From Scenedesmus sp. PABB004 (Eukaryota), in NCBI GenBank assembly GCA_014905635.1, contig CM026547.1, positions 2,046,001-2,110,000 of the forward strand: a DNA stretch of 64,000 bases, read 5' to 3'. The notes below the pieces were generated by a model. It saw only the letters and a program-made list of their open reading frames with translations, was not told the DNA's origin and made no database searches. How positions within the stretch are numbered: position 1 is the first letter of the stretch; every line of letters starts with the position of its first letter. The position numbers and the translations under genes are program-made. This document shows positions 52,604-62,965 of the stretch, piece by piece.

Positions 52604-53037
52604 CTAGGAGCGCGCGACTTCTGAACGGCCGCGCGAGGCGCGGCCGCCACCAGCAGGCAGGCTCCAACAGCAGCACGACAAAACCGGGGCGCGGCCAGCA
52701 CACCTTGTTCAGGTGGCCTGCTGGTGTTCTTTATTACTAGCCGCACACACACGTGTGTGGCGCCCGGGGCCGCTTGCCCCCAGACGCGTCGGGCGTCCCG
52801 GCGGGACGCCCCGCGAGGGCGCAGCGTGCTGCTGTGCACACGGTCATCGGCCGCACACACACCACACATGAGCAGACGCGCAGGCAGGTCCTGAGCAACT
52901 CGGACGCAGGCGCCGCTCAAACCCATTTAAGCCCGGCACCCGCCGCGACCGGGCACCGGCCGCCGCCGGGGCGCGCGCCCCGGCGGCGGCGACGGCTGGG
53001 ACCTCGGACCTCCGACCTCGGGACCTCAAACTCAACT
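52604..53037 (-). ncRNA. Candidate Fanzor omegaRNA scaffold region
   Basis: Immediately 3' of the Fanzor stop. Perfect 32-nt palindrome 52959-52990, stem 52791-52811, stem 52766-52780, palindrome 52746-52759 and stem 52626-52646. Confidence 0.45.
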
Positions 53038-56000
53038 TCAGCCCGCCCCTGGCTCCCAATCCATATCGTCGCCGTCAGACTGGGGCGGCGTGAGCTCGCC
53101 CCCGCCGCCCCGCCCGCGCCCGCCACGCCCGTGCCGGCCGCCGCCCCGGCCCCGCCCGCCGCCGCGGCCGCACCCGCCGCGGTCACGCCCGCGCGTGGCG
53201 CGCGCGGCCGCGCGCACCGCGCGCGTCGCCGCCGCGCCGGCGGTCGTGCTGGCCAGGCCGACCTGCGCCTCGGTGAAGCCGGCCGCCAGCAGGCGCTGGC
53301 GGTCGGCGTTCACAAACGTCTGCGCCAGGCCCAGCGCGGCAATGTTGGCCGCCGCGTTTACGTCGCGATTGAACAGCAGCGGCCGCGGCGGCACGGCGTC
53401 GGTGCGGCAGGTGCCGTAGCACTGCCGCACCTTGAAGCCGTCGCGCTTATTCATGCCGGGCGCGGCGTTGGTGGTGGCCGCCATGCAGGCGTGGTGGACC
53501 TGGGAGGTCCAGCACTTATTCACAATCATGCAAACACAATACCCATGGCGCTCGCCAAACCTGACGAGCGTCTTGACCGGCGCGTCCTGGGGGCGCGCGA
53601 TGATCGACCCCCGCCCGGCGGACGCGCTCCCGACAAACAGCACGGCCGCCGGCGCGCGCGCGCGGTGCTCGACGCGGCGCCGCAGGTATCCCAGGCGCCC
53701 GCGCCCCTGCCTGAAGAAGGGCGTCCAGCGCCCGCGCACCGTATGAAAGGTCGTGTTGGTGCACGTGTCAAAGTTGCGAATGCGCTAAAAAACCGGTGCA
53801 TCTCCTTGTCGTTCAGCATGTGCACCCGAAACTCCCACGCACACGCATGCATGCAGCCGTAAACACAAAATGCACGGTCAAACAGGCCCACGCGCGCGCC
53901 CGCCGCGTCGGCGGCGGCCAGGAAGCTGCCGCAGAGCCGCGGCGCGCGCGTGGCCAGGCCCTCCTGCGCGCGCGCAAACGTCCGACGTGCCCCCGCCCCC
54001 GGCCCCCTCCGCCCCGCGCACCCGGGTTTCTTGGTTGCGTGTGCGGTTATTGAATGCTGATGCGTCCCGATACCCCCGCATTGAGAGCGTCACCACGTCG
54101 GCGCCGCCCCGCGCGTCGTGCGCGGCGGGGCAGCGGTGCTGCGCGGCGGTGCGGTGCCCGCGGCGCGTGCAGCCGCAGGCAGGGTGCGACAGCGCCCGGC
54201 ACGCGGCGATGTCGCCGAGGCCGGGGTCCCAGCCCCACGCCAGCGTGCGCCCCAGCGCCGCCACGGCCGCCGGCGCGGCCGGCCGGGCGGGGTCAAACGC
54301 GGCGTCGAGGACCGCGCCGCCGGCGGCGAGCGCGGCCTGCGCGCGCGCGCGGTCGTCGGCCTTGAACGCGCGGCGGTCGGCGGCGCCGGGCCGGGCGGGC
54401 CGGCGCCAGGGCGGCAGCGGGTCGCGCGACGGCGGCGCCGCCGCCGCTGCAGCCGCCGCCGCCGCGGGGTCGGGCGCCGGCGCCAGCCCGGGCTCGGCGT
54501 CGCTCGAGCCCGGCTCGGCGTCGCTCGAGCCCGGCTCGGGCGCCGGCGCCGGCGCGGGGGCAGCCGGGTCGGCGCGCGCCCGCATGACACATGCATCGTA
54601 TCCATTTGTGCAAAGCTGGCCGGACGCGCGCCACGTGCGGGGTGCTGAGCCCGTCGCGATCAAGCCAGTCCGCCTCACCCTCGAGGTCAAACCCGGGGCA
54701 CGCGGCGCGCTGCAGCTCGAGCGTGTCGCGGTGCAGGTGCCCCTGGGCAGTCTCAAACAGGTGGAGGTGAACCCGCCCGTAGTGCTGCCGCGGCTGCAGC
54801 GAGAAGCCGCGGCGCCCCGCGAGCGCGTCGCAGCGGCCGCGCGCCTCGCTCAGCTTGCGCAGGCGCGCGAGCAGCGCGTCGTCCACGCCGGGGGCAAACG
54901 CCGCCGCGCGCGCGCGCGGCGCCGCGTCGCCTGGCAACCCCGGGTTGCGCTGGCGCAGGGCGGCGATGGCGCTGTCGGCCTGCAGCTCGGCCGCGCGGCA
55001 CGCGGCCAGGCCGTCCTCCAGCACCTCCGCCGCCAGGTGCTGGTAGAGGACCGCCGCGTCGGCGTCCAGCCGGTCCAGCAGCTCGCCCGCCACCGCCAGG
55101 CTCTGCGGCGCCGCCGCCGGCAGCGCCGCCGGCGGGTGCTACGCGCGCTCCTGCGCGGCCGCCGCAGCGACATGATCGCCGAGGTGCCGCCCGGCAAAGC
55201 GCAGCGCGCGCGCCCGCGCCTCGCCCAGCTGCTGGCCCGCGCCGGCGAGGGCCGCGTGGGCGGCCTGCGCGCCGGGCCAAACTGCAGCCAGGGGCCCTGG
55301 CGCCGCCTGCTGCTGCCACGCGGCCGCCTCGAGCTGCTCGCGCGCATCTGCCAGCGCGCCCAGGGCGGCTGCCATCTGCTGGCACGCGGCGCCCAGCACG
55401 GCCTCGCGCAGCGACCAGTCGGCGCACGCCGCGGCGGCGGCCGCCGCCGCCGCGGCGTCCGCCGCCGCCGCGTTGCCCGCCGCGGCCGCTGCCGGCTGGC
55501 CCCGAGCGGCAGCGGCGCGGCGGCGGGCAGGGCCGGGCGGGTCGCCCTGAAGCGTTCCAGCTTCGCCGGCCCCCATTCCGTCGCCGCCGCCTTGGCCTTG
55601 CCGCCGTCGCGCAGCGCCTTCTGCAGGCGCGCCTGGCGGTGCTGCGCCTGCGTGCGGTAGCGCCGCTCGCCCGCAGCGCGGGGGCGCGGCGACGGCCGCC
55701 CGCGCTGCACCTCCGCGAGCGCCGCCTGCCTGGCCGGCCTGCGGGCCTCGTGGAGCTCGTGGCGCGCGACGCGCTGCGCCTGCTGGCTGACGCGCTCCGC
55801 CTCGCGCGCCAGCCACTGCGCCTGGTGCACGTGCGGGTAGCCGCCGCGCCGGCGCGCGACCAGCGCGTCGGGCAGCACGTCGCCGCCAAGCCGCACCGCC
55901 AGCGCAGCCAGGCGCTGCTGGGCGGCCGCCATGTCGGCCTTGAGCTGCTGCAGCGCCGCGAGGCGCTGTGGTGGCGCCGACGGCCCGGGCACGCTCGCGG

Positions 56001-57948
56001 CGCGCTGCGCCACGGCCCGCGGCGTGGCGGCGAGCTCCAGCAGCGGCAGCCCCTGCACCTGACGCACCACGGCCGCGCCTGGCGCGCGGCGCCGCCACTC
56101 CCCCACTGCCGCCGCCTGCAGGCGCTGGGTGAAGTAGTTGAACAGCAAGCACTTCTGCAGGTCGTTGAACGCAACCGCTGCGTCGGCCTCGCGGTGGGCC
56201 GCGTCTGCCTCGCCCTGCTGCCGCTGCGCCTGACGGAGCGCGTCCAGGCGCTGCGCGTGGCTCGGTTGTTGGGCCGGCTGCTGCTCTGCGTCGTCGTCGG
56301 CACCGGGGTCGGCCGGCGCGCCCGCGGGCGGCGGCGCCTCCATCGCCGCGCGCCAGCCGCCGTCGCCGCCGCCGCCGCCGCCGCCGCCGCCAGCGTGCGC
56401 CGAGCCGCGGCCGGCACGCAGCCACGACAGCAGGTCCGCCGTCACGCCCTGGTGGCCGGCCGACAGGCCCAGGGCCTGCAGGTCCTCCGCGCGGCCGGCG
56501 GGCGGCCGGCGGTTCCGCGCGCCGGCAGCGGCGGTCGCCGCCGGCCCGCCGGGCGCCGCGTCGCCGTCGCCGGCTGCGGCGTCGGGGTCGTGCTGCGGCG
56601 GCAGCGGCCGCAGCAGCTCGAGCCGCAGCGCCAGCGCGTGGCGCCGCAGAAAGTCCAGCGCGCGGCGCGCCTCCGCCTCGCCGCCGCCGCCGGCGCGGCG
56701 CAGCCGCGCGGCGGCCTGGGTCAGCCATGTGGCAGCCGGCTGCCACGCCGCGTCCCACGCGGCGGGGCTCTCCGCCAGCACGGCGCACACGAGCGCGCCG
56801 CCCAGCTTGGCGCGCTCGCGCGCCGGCGGGCAGCGCGCGCCTGCCAGGTTGGCGGCGAGGCAGACCAGCAGGTCGGCCAGCTTGCGCAGCCGCGGGTGCC
56901 GCGCGTGCAGGCGCACGTTAAGCGCAAACAGCCGGGTGTAGCCGTGCGCCAGCTCCTCCAGAAGCGTGGGGCTCACCCAGCGCGGCAGCTCCACCGCGGC
57001 CGCGCCCGTCGCCGCCCAAAAGAGCGGCAGCATGCGCTGCAGCTCCCATGGGGTGCGCGTTGCGCACGCCTCATGCTGCCGCCCTGGCAAGCTGGTGACC
57101 GCGAAGATCAGGTCCTCCAGCGCGCGCTCGCTGCCGGCGACCCAGCGCAGGTAGTCGGAGCACGCTGCGGTGGTCACGGGACCGTCTCGCAGCAGGCCCT
57201 GGCCGGCGCGTGGCACCTCGTGCCCGGCCACACGCCTGCGGGCGCGGCAGCGGCGGCGGGGTCGGCGCGCGAGGCTTGGGGCGGCGGTGGCGCCACGCGT
57301 GCGCGCGCGCGTGCGCGCTGCCGCCGCCGCGCCGCGCGGGCACTCACGCGCAGGCGTAGTGAGTCATGAGCTCGTGCGCCTGCCGCGCCATGTAGGTGGC
57401 CTTGCTCAGCAGCGTCACCAGCTGGTTGATGAGCTGCATTCGCGTGTCGACCAGCGCCGCGGGCAGGGCGGGCCGCCCCACACGCGCCGCGCGCGCCAGC
57501 GCGCTGCGCAGGCGGCGCACCACCGTGCCTGCGGGGGCGCGGCGCAGCGGCGGTCGTCGGCCAGCCTGCGCGGCGCGGCGTGGTGGGCAGTCGTGGCGCC
57601 GAGCCCGCCCGCCCCGCTCACCGATCCGGGCGCTCTCCTCTGCCCGCTCGCGCTTGGTGCGCGGGCCAGCCTGCCAGTGCCCGCCGGCCGGCGGCGCCGG
57701 GCGCTTGCGTGGCGCGGGCGCGCGCTGCTGCTGCTGCTGCTGCTGGTGCGCCTGCTGCTGTTGCTGCTGCTCCTGCCCCGGCTCCTGCTGCTGCTGCTGC
57801 TGCTGCCGCGCCGGCTGCTGCCGCGGCGCCGGCGCCGGCGGCGCAGCCCCCGGCGGCTCCTCCGCCGCGGCGCCCCTGCGGCGGCGCTTCCGGCACCTCC
57901 GCGCGCTGCCCGAGCTGCCGCTGCTGCCGGCGCTGTCGTTGCTGCTGC

Positions 57949-57983
<35 letters not shown>

Positions 57984-59730
57984 TCGCTGTCCAGCGGCGC
58001 CGCGGCGCCCTTGCCCTTGCCGCGGCGCTTCTTGCGGCTGCGCCGCCGCTGCTGCGGCGGCTGCGGCTGCGGCTGCGGCTGCGGCTGCGGCTGCTGCGGC
58101 GGCTGCGGCTGCGGCTGCGGCGGCGGCTGCGGCTGCTGCGGCGGGCCCGCCGCCGGGCCCCCACCTCGTCGCTGCCGGCCGCGGCGCTGCCCGCGGACGG
58201 CCCGGCGCTGGCGCCGCCCGCCGCCGGGGCGCCGCCCTCCTCGCCGCCGCCGCCGGGCGCCGCCTGCGAGGCCGCCGCGCGCCAGGTGGCAAAGGGGCCG
58301 GGCGCCCGGCGCACCGCCTCCATGGCCGCCGCGCGGTCGGCCTCGCGGCAGGCCTGCGCGCGGCGGCGCAGCTCCTTCCAGTCGGCGTCGCCCACGGGCT
58401 GGCCCGCGAGCTTGGCGGGGTCCTTGGCGGTGTCGATGCCGCGCGCGGGCGGCGGGCCCGGGGGGCCGCCGCTGCGCGCGCCGCTCGCGCCGCCGCCGCC
58501 GCCGACGCTGCTGGTGGTGCTGCTGGTGCTGCCGCTGCGCGCGCCGCTCGTGCCGCCACTGCGGCGGCCGCCGCCGCCGCCGCCGCCGCTGGCGGCGCGG
58601 GCGGCGCGGCCGGCGACGCGGCGCGCGTGCAGGTCCGCAAAGACCACGCGCTGCTCGGCGGCCGCCACGGCCTTGGCAGACGGCGGGGCCGCCGCGGCGC
58701 GCGCCTTGGACGCGGCGAGCTCCGCAGCTTCCTCCTCCGACTTGGCCCAGGCCGCCGCGGTGGCAGCCGCAGCAGCGCTCGCGGCGCGCTGCTCCGCGTC
58801 GCGCCGCGCGGCCGCCTCGGCCGCCTCGCGCGCCGCGCGCGCGCGCGCCGCCGCGCGCCGCAGCTCGTCGGGCGTCTCGGCGCACCCCGGCGGCGGCTCG
58901 CGCAGCACGTCCGCGCGCACGAGGCCGACGCAGTGGTTGATCGTGGCGTCCTCGAGCGCCGCGCCGTCGAAGCTGGGCGCAGCGGTGGCGGGCATGAAGT
59001 ACGCCGCCACCTCGCGCGCCTCCTCGTCGCACACCACCAGCTGCTCGCCGCGCTCCAGCGCGGCGAGCACCGCCTGCGGCGGGTGCTCCGAGACCAGCCG
59101 CAGGCCGTTCTGGTCGCAGAGCAGCCCCAGCTCGGCGGCGGTCAGGTAGGTGCTGCTGTCGAGCAGCGCCTCCGAGATCTCCCTGATCGCGAGCTGCTGC
59201 GCAGCAAAGTCGCCGCCGAGACGGTCGCGCGCCATCAGCACCGCGGCGTGCGCCTCGCGGCTCGCCGCGGGGTCGGCGAGCGAGAGCACGAGCGCCGCGA
59301 GCTGGGGGTGCAGCTCCTCGTGCGCCTCGCTGTCCAGCTGGCGCCGCGTGTGTGGCGGGAAGTCCGCCACGTCGGCGCCGGGCGCCAGGCGCAGCAGGTG
59401 CAGCAGGCGCCGCCGCACCGCGGCGAGCAGGTGCAGCGCGCAGTTGCCGTTCGGCACGCCGTGGAAAAACACCACGCGGCGCTCGCGCAGCCCCGGCGCA
59501 GCAGGTGCGCACGCGTGCACGTTGGGGGCTTTATCTCCTCGTCCTCCTCCCCTGCGGAACGGCGTCGGAGTCGCAGTCGGGCGTGGCAGCGGCGGGTCAG
59601 CCGGCGCGGCAGCGGCGCGGCGGCGGCGCGGGCGCTCGCCGGCGCCCATCATCTCTGCGGCCGCCGGCGCGGCGGCGCGGCGGCGCGGGCGCTCACCCCC
59701 GCCCATCCTTGCGCTCCTCCGCCGGCTCAT
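53038..59730 (-). pseudogene. Fanzor1 (eukaryotic TnpB-like RNA-guided RuvC nuclease) with N-terminal OTU-like domain; intron-containing, disrupted
   Basis: FSLQP..HLHL and SGQLCTNG (TDG-like). RuvC-I WGWDPGL (D at 54226-54228), bridge-helix-like YG...WEFRVH, then LFVGS. RuvC-II VNKCWTSQ, Zn-finger HHAC...CYGTC, RuvC-III NRDVNAAANI (D at 53362-53364). Introns 57529-57621 and 57236-57347. In-frame TAG at 55139-55141 and several frameshifts. Confidence 0.85.
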
Positions 59731-60869
59731 GGCTAGCCGCGGGCGGGCCTGCGCGGGGCGCCGGGCAGCGGACGGCGCGGCGCAGATGTCGATCGACCCC
59801 GCCCGCCCCGGACGCGGCAGCGCGCCGCGGCGGAGCGGCGCGCGTCGGTCGGTGTCGGACGACCCACCCGGACGCCATGGCGTGCGCGACGGGTGCGCGG
59901 GTGCCGCGCGTGGGCGCTGCCACGCTCTCGAAACCTCGCCTCTCGCTGCTGTGACGCCTCTGGAGCCACAGGGACACGAGATGAGCGCGGTAGCACTGGG
60001 GGCTGGGCGGGCGCTCGCGGGGACACCGCCGCGGCGGAGCGCGGGCGGCGGCGGTGCAGCGCTGGACCGCGCCCCGAGCCGCCGCTCTTCAGCCCGCGTG
60101 GGCCGGGCGGGCGCGCGCTGCCGCTCTTGCAGCAGCAGGCGAGGGAGGGCGGGCGGGAGGGCCTCTGCTGAGCGAGGGCAGAGCGAGGGCAGCGCGCAGG
60201 ACGGCGCGGGCGAGCTGGCGGTGGGGCGCGGGCCGGGGCACAGCAGCTCGCGGGGCTTTTGCGCAGGAGCGCCATGGTGGGCCCCGCGCCAGCCCTCCAC
60301 GACGCGCATCATCGGCCCCGCCTGGGCCTCCAGCTCGCGCCAGTGGCTGGGGCGCCGGCTGTTCCGCGAAACGCCGCTGTTCCGCTCGCCCCAGCGGTCC
60401 GCTGCGCTCATTGGCGCGCAGAACGATCCCCCATCGCATTCAGCCCCACGTACGAGGGTCGCACGGACCGACTCCTGCGTTTGCAGCCGGGAGGAGGCTC
60501 CTCTCCACACCTGGACGGCTGCGGCCAAGGCCAGGCATGGCTACCCAGGCGGGCCGCCGCCGGGCCCGGGGCGCCTGACCGCGGGAGCGTCGGGGGCCGC
60601 AACTGATGCAGCGTGGCGCCCAGTCGAGCCGGCAAGGCCTGCGGCGCGTCTCGAGCCATCCGCCGGCGGCGGTCGGCAGCGCGCCCGGGCGTGGAGCCGC
60701 GCCTGAGGTGAGCACGCGGCGGCGCCAGGGCGGAAGACTCAGCGATGCCCGCTGCGTGCCCCTCGCGCGTGCGGGCCCGCCGCGCCCGCCCGCGCCGGCC
60801 TCGGGGCGCACGGCCCGGAACGGGCCGCCCGGAGGCGCGGGCGGGCGCGGCGGCGCGCGGGGACCGAAA

Positions 60870-62965
60870 ATGCCGCCAACGCTCCGCCAGCCAGCGGCCA
60901 ATCCTGCCGCCCGCGCGGCGCGCGCGGGGCGGGCGCGCGGCGGGGTCTGGGCGCGAGCCGCGGCGCGCCGGCGCGCCGGCAGCGCGCGCAGCGTGGCGCG
61001 GCGCCGTGACGTCGCATCGCCCGCCCCGCGCGCCGCCCGCAGATGGCGCCCTCCGGCGAGCCCGGCCTGCCTCGCGCGGGCTCCTCGCACGCCCTGCTGT
61101 CGCCGTTCAGCCCCGTGTTCGAGCTGGAGCTGGAGGCCAAGCGCGGCGCCGCCGGCGCGGGCGTCGAGCGGTGCTGCTCGGAGCAGGCGTTTGCGGGCCA
61201 CGCCGACGACCGCCCCGGCCTGCTGGCGCAGATCCTGGCCCTCTGCCGCTGCACGACGCCCATGGCCTGCCAGGTGGGGCCGGCGTGCCGCGGCGGGGCG
61301 CGGCTGCGCCGCGCCCGCCGCCCGGCCGAGCGGCGCCGCCCGACGCCGCCCCGCCCCTCCCCCGCCGCGCGCCGCGCAGCTCCTGCAGCAGCTGCAGCGC
61401 CTGCGCGTGACGTTTGCCGCCGAGAACCGGGCCGGCAGCGGCACGGGCAGCCCCGCGAGCGCCGGCAGCCCGCCCGGCGGCGGCAGCCCCACCGCCGGCG
61501 CGGGCGCGTCGGGCTTCCTGGCGCCGGAGAGCAGCATGGACATCGGCGCCATGGCGTGCGAGCTGCTGGCGTCGGGCTTCCTCGTGCAGGTCCGCGACGG
61601 CGCGCAGCAGGCGGAGCGCGCCAGGAGCGCGCGCAGCTGCCTGCAGCACCTGCGCCACCGCTTCATCGTGTGCCTCGGCTGGCGCGCGAGCGCCGAGGCG
61701 GAGCCCGAGTACCTGCCGGAGCCGCTCGTCGTCGAGCCGCGCTTCAGGGAGCAGTTTGCGATCGCGCACCCGACGCCCGAGTACGAGGCGCTGCTGCAGG
61801 GCGTGCCGCTCTGCTTCGTCGGGCCCGCGCCGCACCTGGAGGCCGTGGTGCGCCTGCTGTGCGAGCAGATGGTGGGCGCGTTCAAGGTGCAGGGCTTGCC
61901 CGTGCCGCCCTGGCGCACGCGGCAGGCGCTGCTGAGCAAGTGGTCGCCGACGCAGCTCGCGGAGCTGGCGGCCAAGATCGCCAACGTGCGCCGCCTCAGC
62001 ATGGACGTCACGTCGGCGGCCGCCGCGCACGAGCGGCTGTGCAACGGCGCGCGGCCCGCGGCCGCGCACGCGCCGCACGCCGCCGTGGGCAGCGCGCCGC
62101 CCGGCGCCGCGGGCGAGGGCGGCGCGGCGGGCCAGGCGGCGGCCCAGGCGTTTGCTGCGGCGACCGCGGCCAACGGCGGCCCGGGCGCCCTCACGGCCGC
62201 GCAGCTGCTGACGATCATGCCGCCGGAGATGCAGCAGCAGCTGGCTGCGCAGCTGCTGGCGCCGGCCGGGCCGCTGCCCGAGCACGGCGGCCGCGGCGGC
62301 GGCGGCGCGTCGCCGCCGCCGCACGCGCTGCTCAGGCAGCACCCGCCCGCCGCGCCGCGCCCGCCATCAGCGGCGCGCTGCCGCTGCCGGGCGGTGCGCG
62401 CGGCGGCGGCGGCGGCGCCGCGGCGGCGGCGCCGGCCGTGCTGTCGGCGCTGCCGCCCGGCCTGGCGTGCCTGTCGGGCGCGCCGGCGGGCATCTCCCCC
62501 GCGGCTGCCGACGTGCTCGCGCTGCTGGAGGCGGCCGAGGGCCTGACCGGCGGCGGCGGCAGCAGCACGCTCAAGTTCACGCGCAAGGCGAGCGCGGAGT
62601 GGAAGAACAGCCGCGGCAACGGGCGCAAGATGAAGGGCCTGCTCGCGGCGGCGCTCAAAAAGATGCCCGGCCCGCCGCGCGGCGCGCTGGCGCCGCCGCT
62701 GCCGTGCGGCGGCGACGCCCGCGACGCAGCGGCGGCGCCGCTGGCGGCAGCCGCGCTCGGCGCCGGGCCGCTGCCGGGCGGCGGCGCCGGCACGCCCGGC
62801 GCGGGCGGCAGCGACGCGCTCATCCGGCGCACGCACTACCGGACCACGGGGGACGAGCCCTGGCGGCGCATCACAACCGTGCGCTGGGGCGCCTACGCGG
62901 CGCCGCCGGCGCCGCCCGGCGGCGCGGCGCTGCACCAGCAGCCACCCGCCATGGCCAGCGGCTGA
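60870..62965 (+). CDS. DUF506 (plant/algal PDDEXK-like) protein; start approximate
   Basis: HRFIVC, VVEPRFREQFAIAHPTPEYEALL, FVG and GLPVPPWRTRQALLSKW. Confidence 0.88.

Larger units (their letters stand above)
52604..59982 (-). mobile_element. Non-autonomous Fanzor-bearing element with Helitron-like 3' end(s); 5' boundary uncertain (somewhere ~59800-60600)
   Basis: Carries a Fanzor gene. Hairpin+CTAG|T at 52737-52740 and at 52604-52607. One candidate A|TC 5' start at 59980-59982 (weak). No RepHel or transposase ORF seen. Confidence 0.55.

Noticed and set aside
52228..52740. Continuation of the 5'-3' exonuclease into a full DNA polymerase I
   Set aside because: No 3'-5' exonuclease or polymerase motifs are visible; ORF 52243..52740 looks non-coding
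54487..54540. 21-bp tandem repeat (PGSSDAE x2) in the Fanzor linker
   Set aside because: Ordinary slippage duplication in a low-complexity linker
59731..60528. Upstream extension of ORF 57415..60528 as coding sequence
   Set aside because: Composition looks non-coding; ATG at 59730 is the more plausible start, although unproven
52604..60600. Autonomous transposase (RepHel, DDE, Y1 or serine recombinase) or terminal inverted repeats in the element
   Set aside because: No HUH, helicase, DDE or recombinase motifs recognised; no TIR or TSD found by eye
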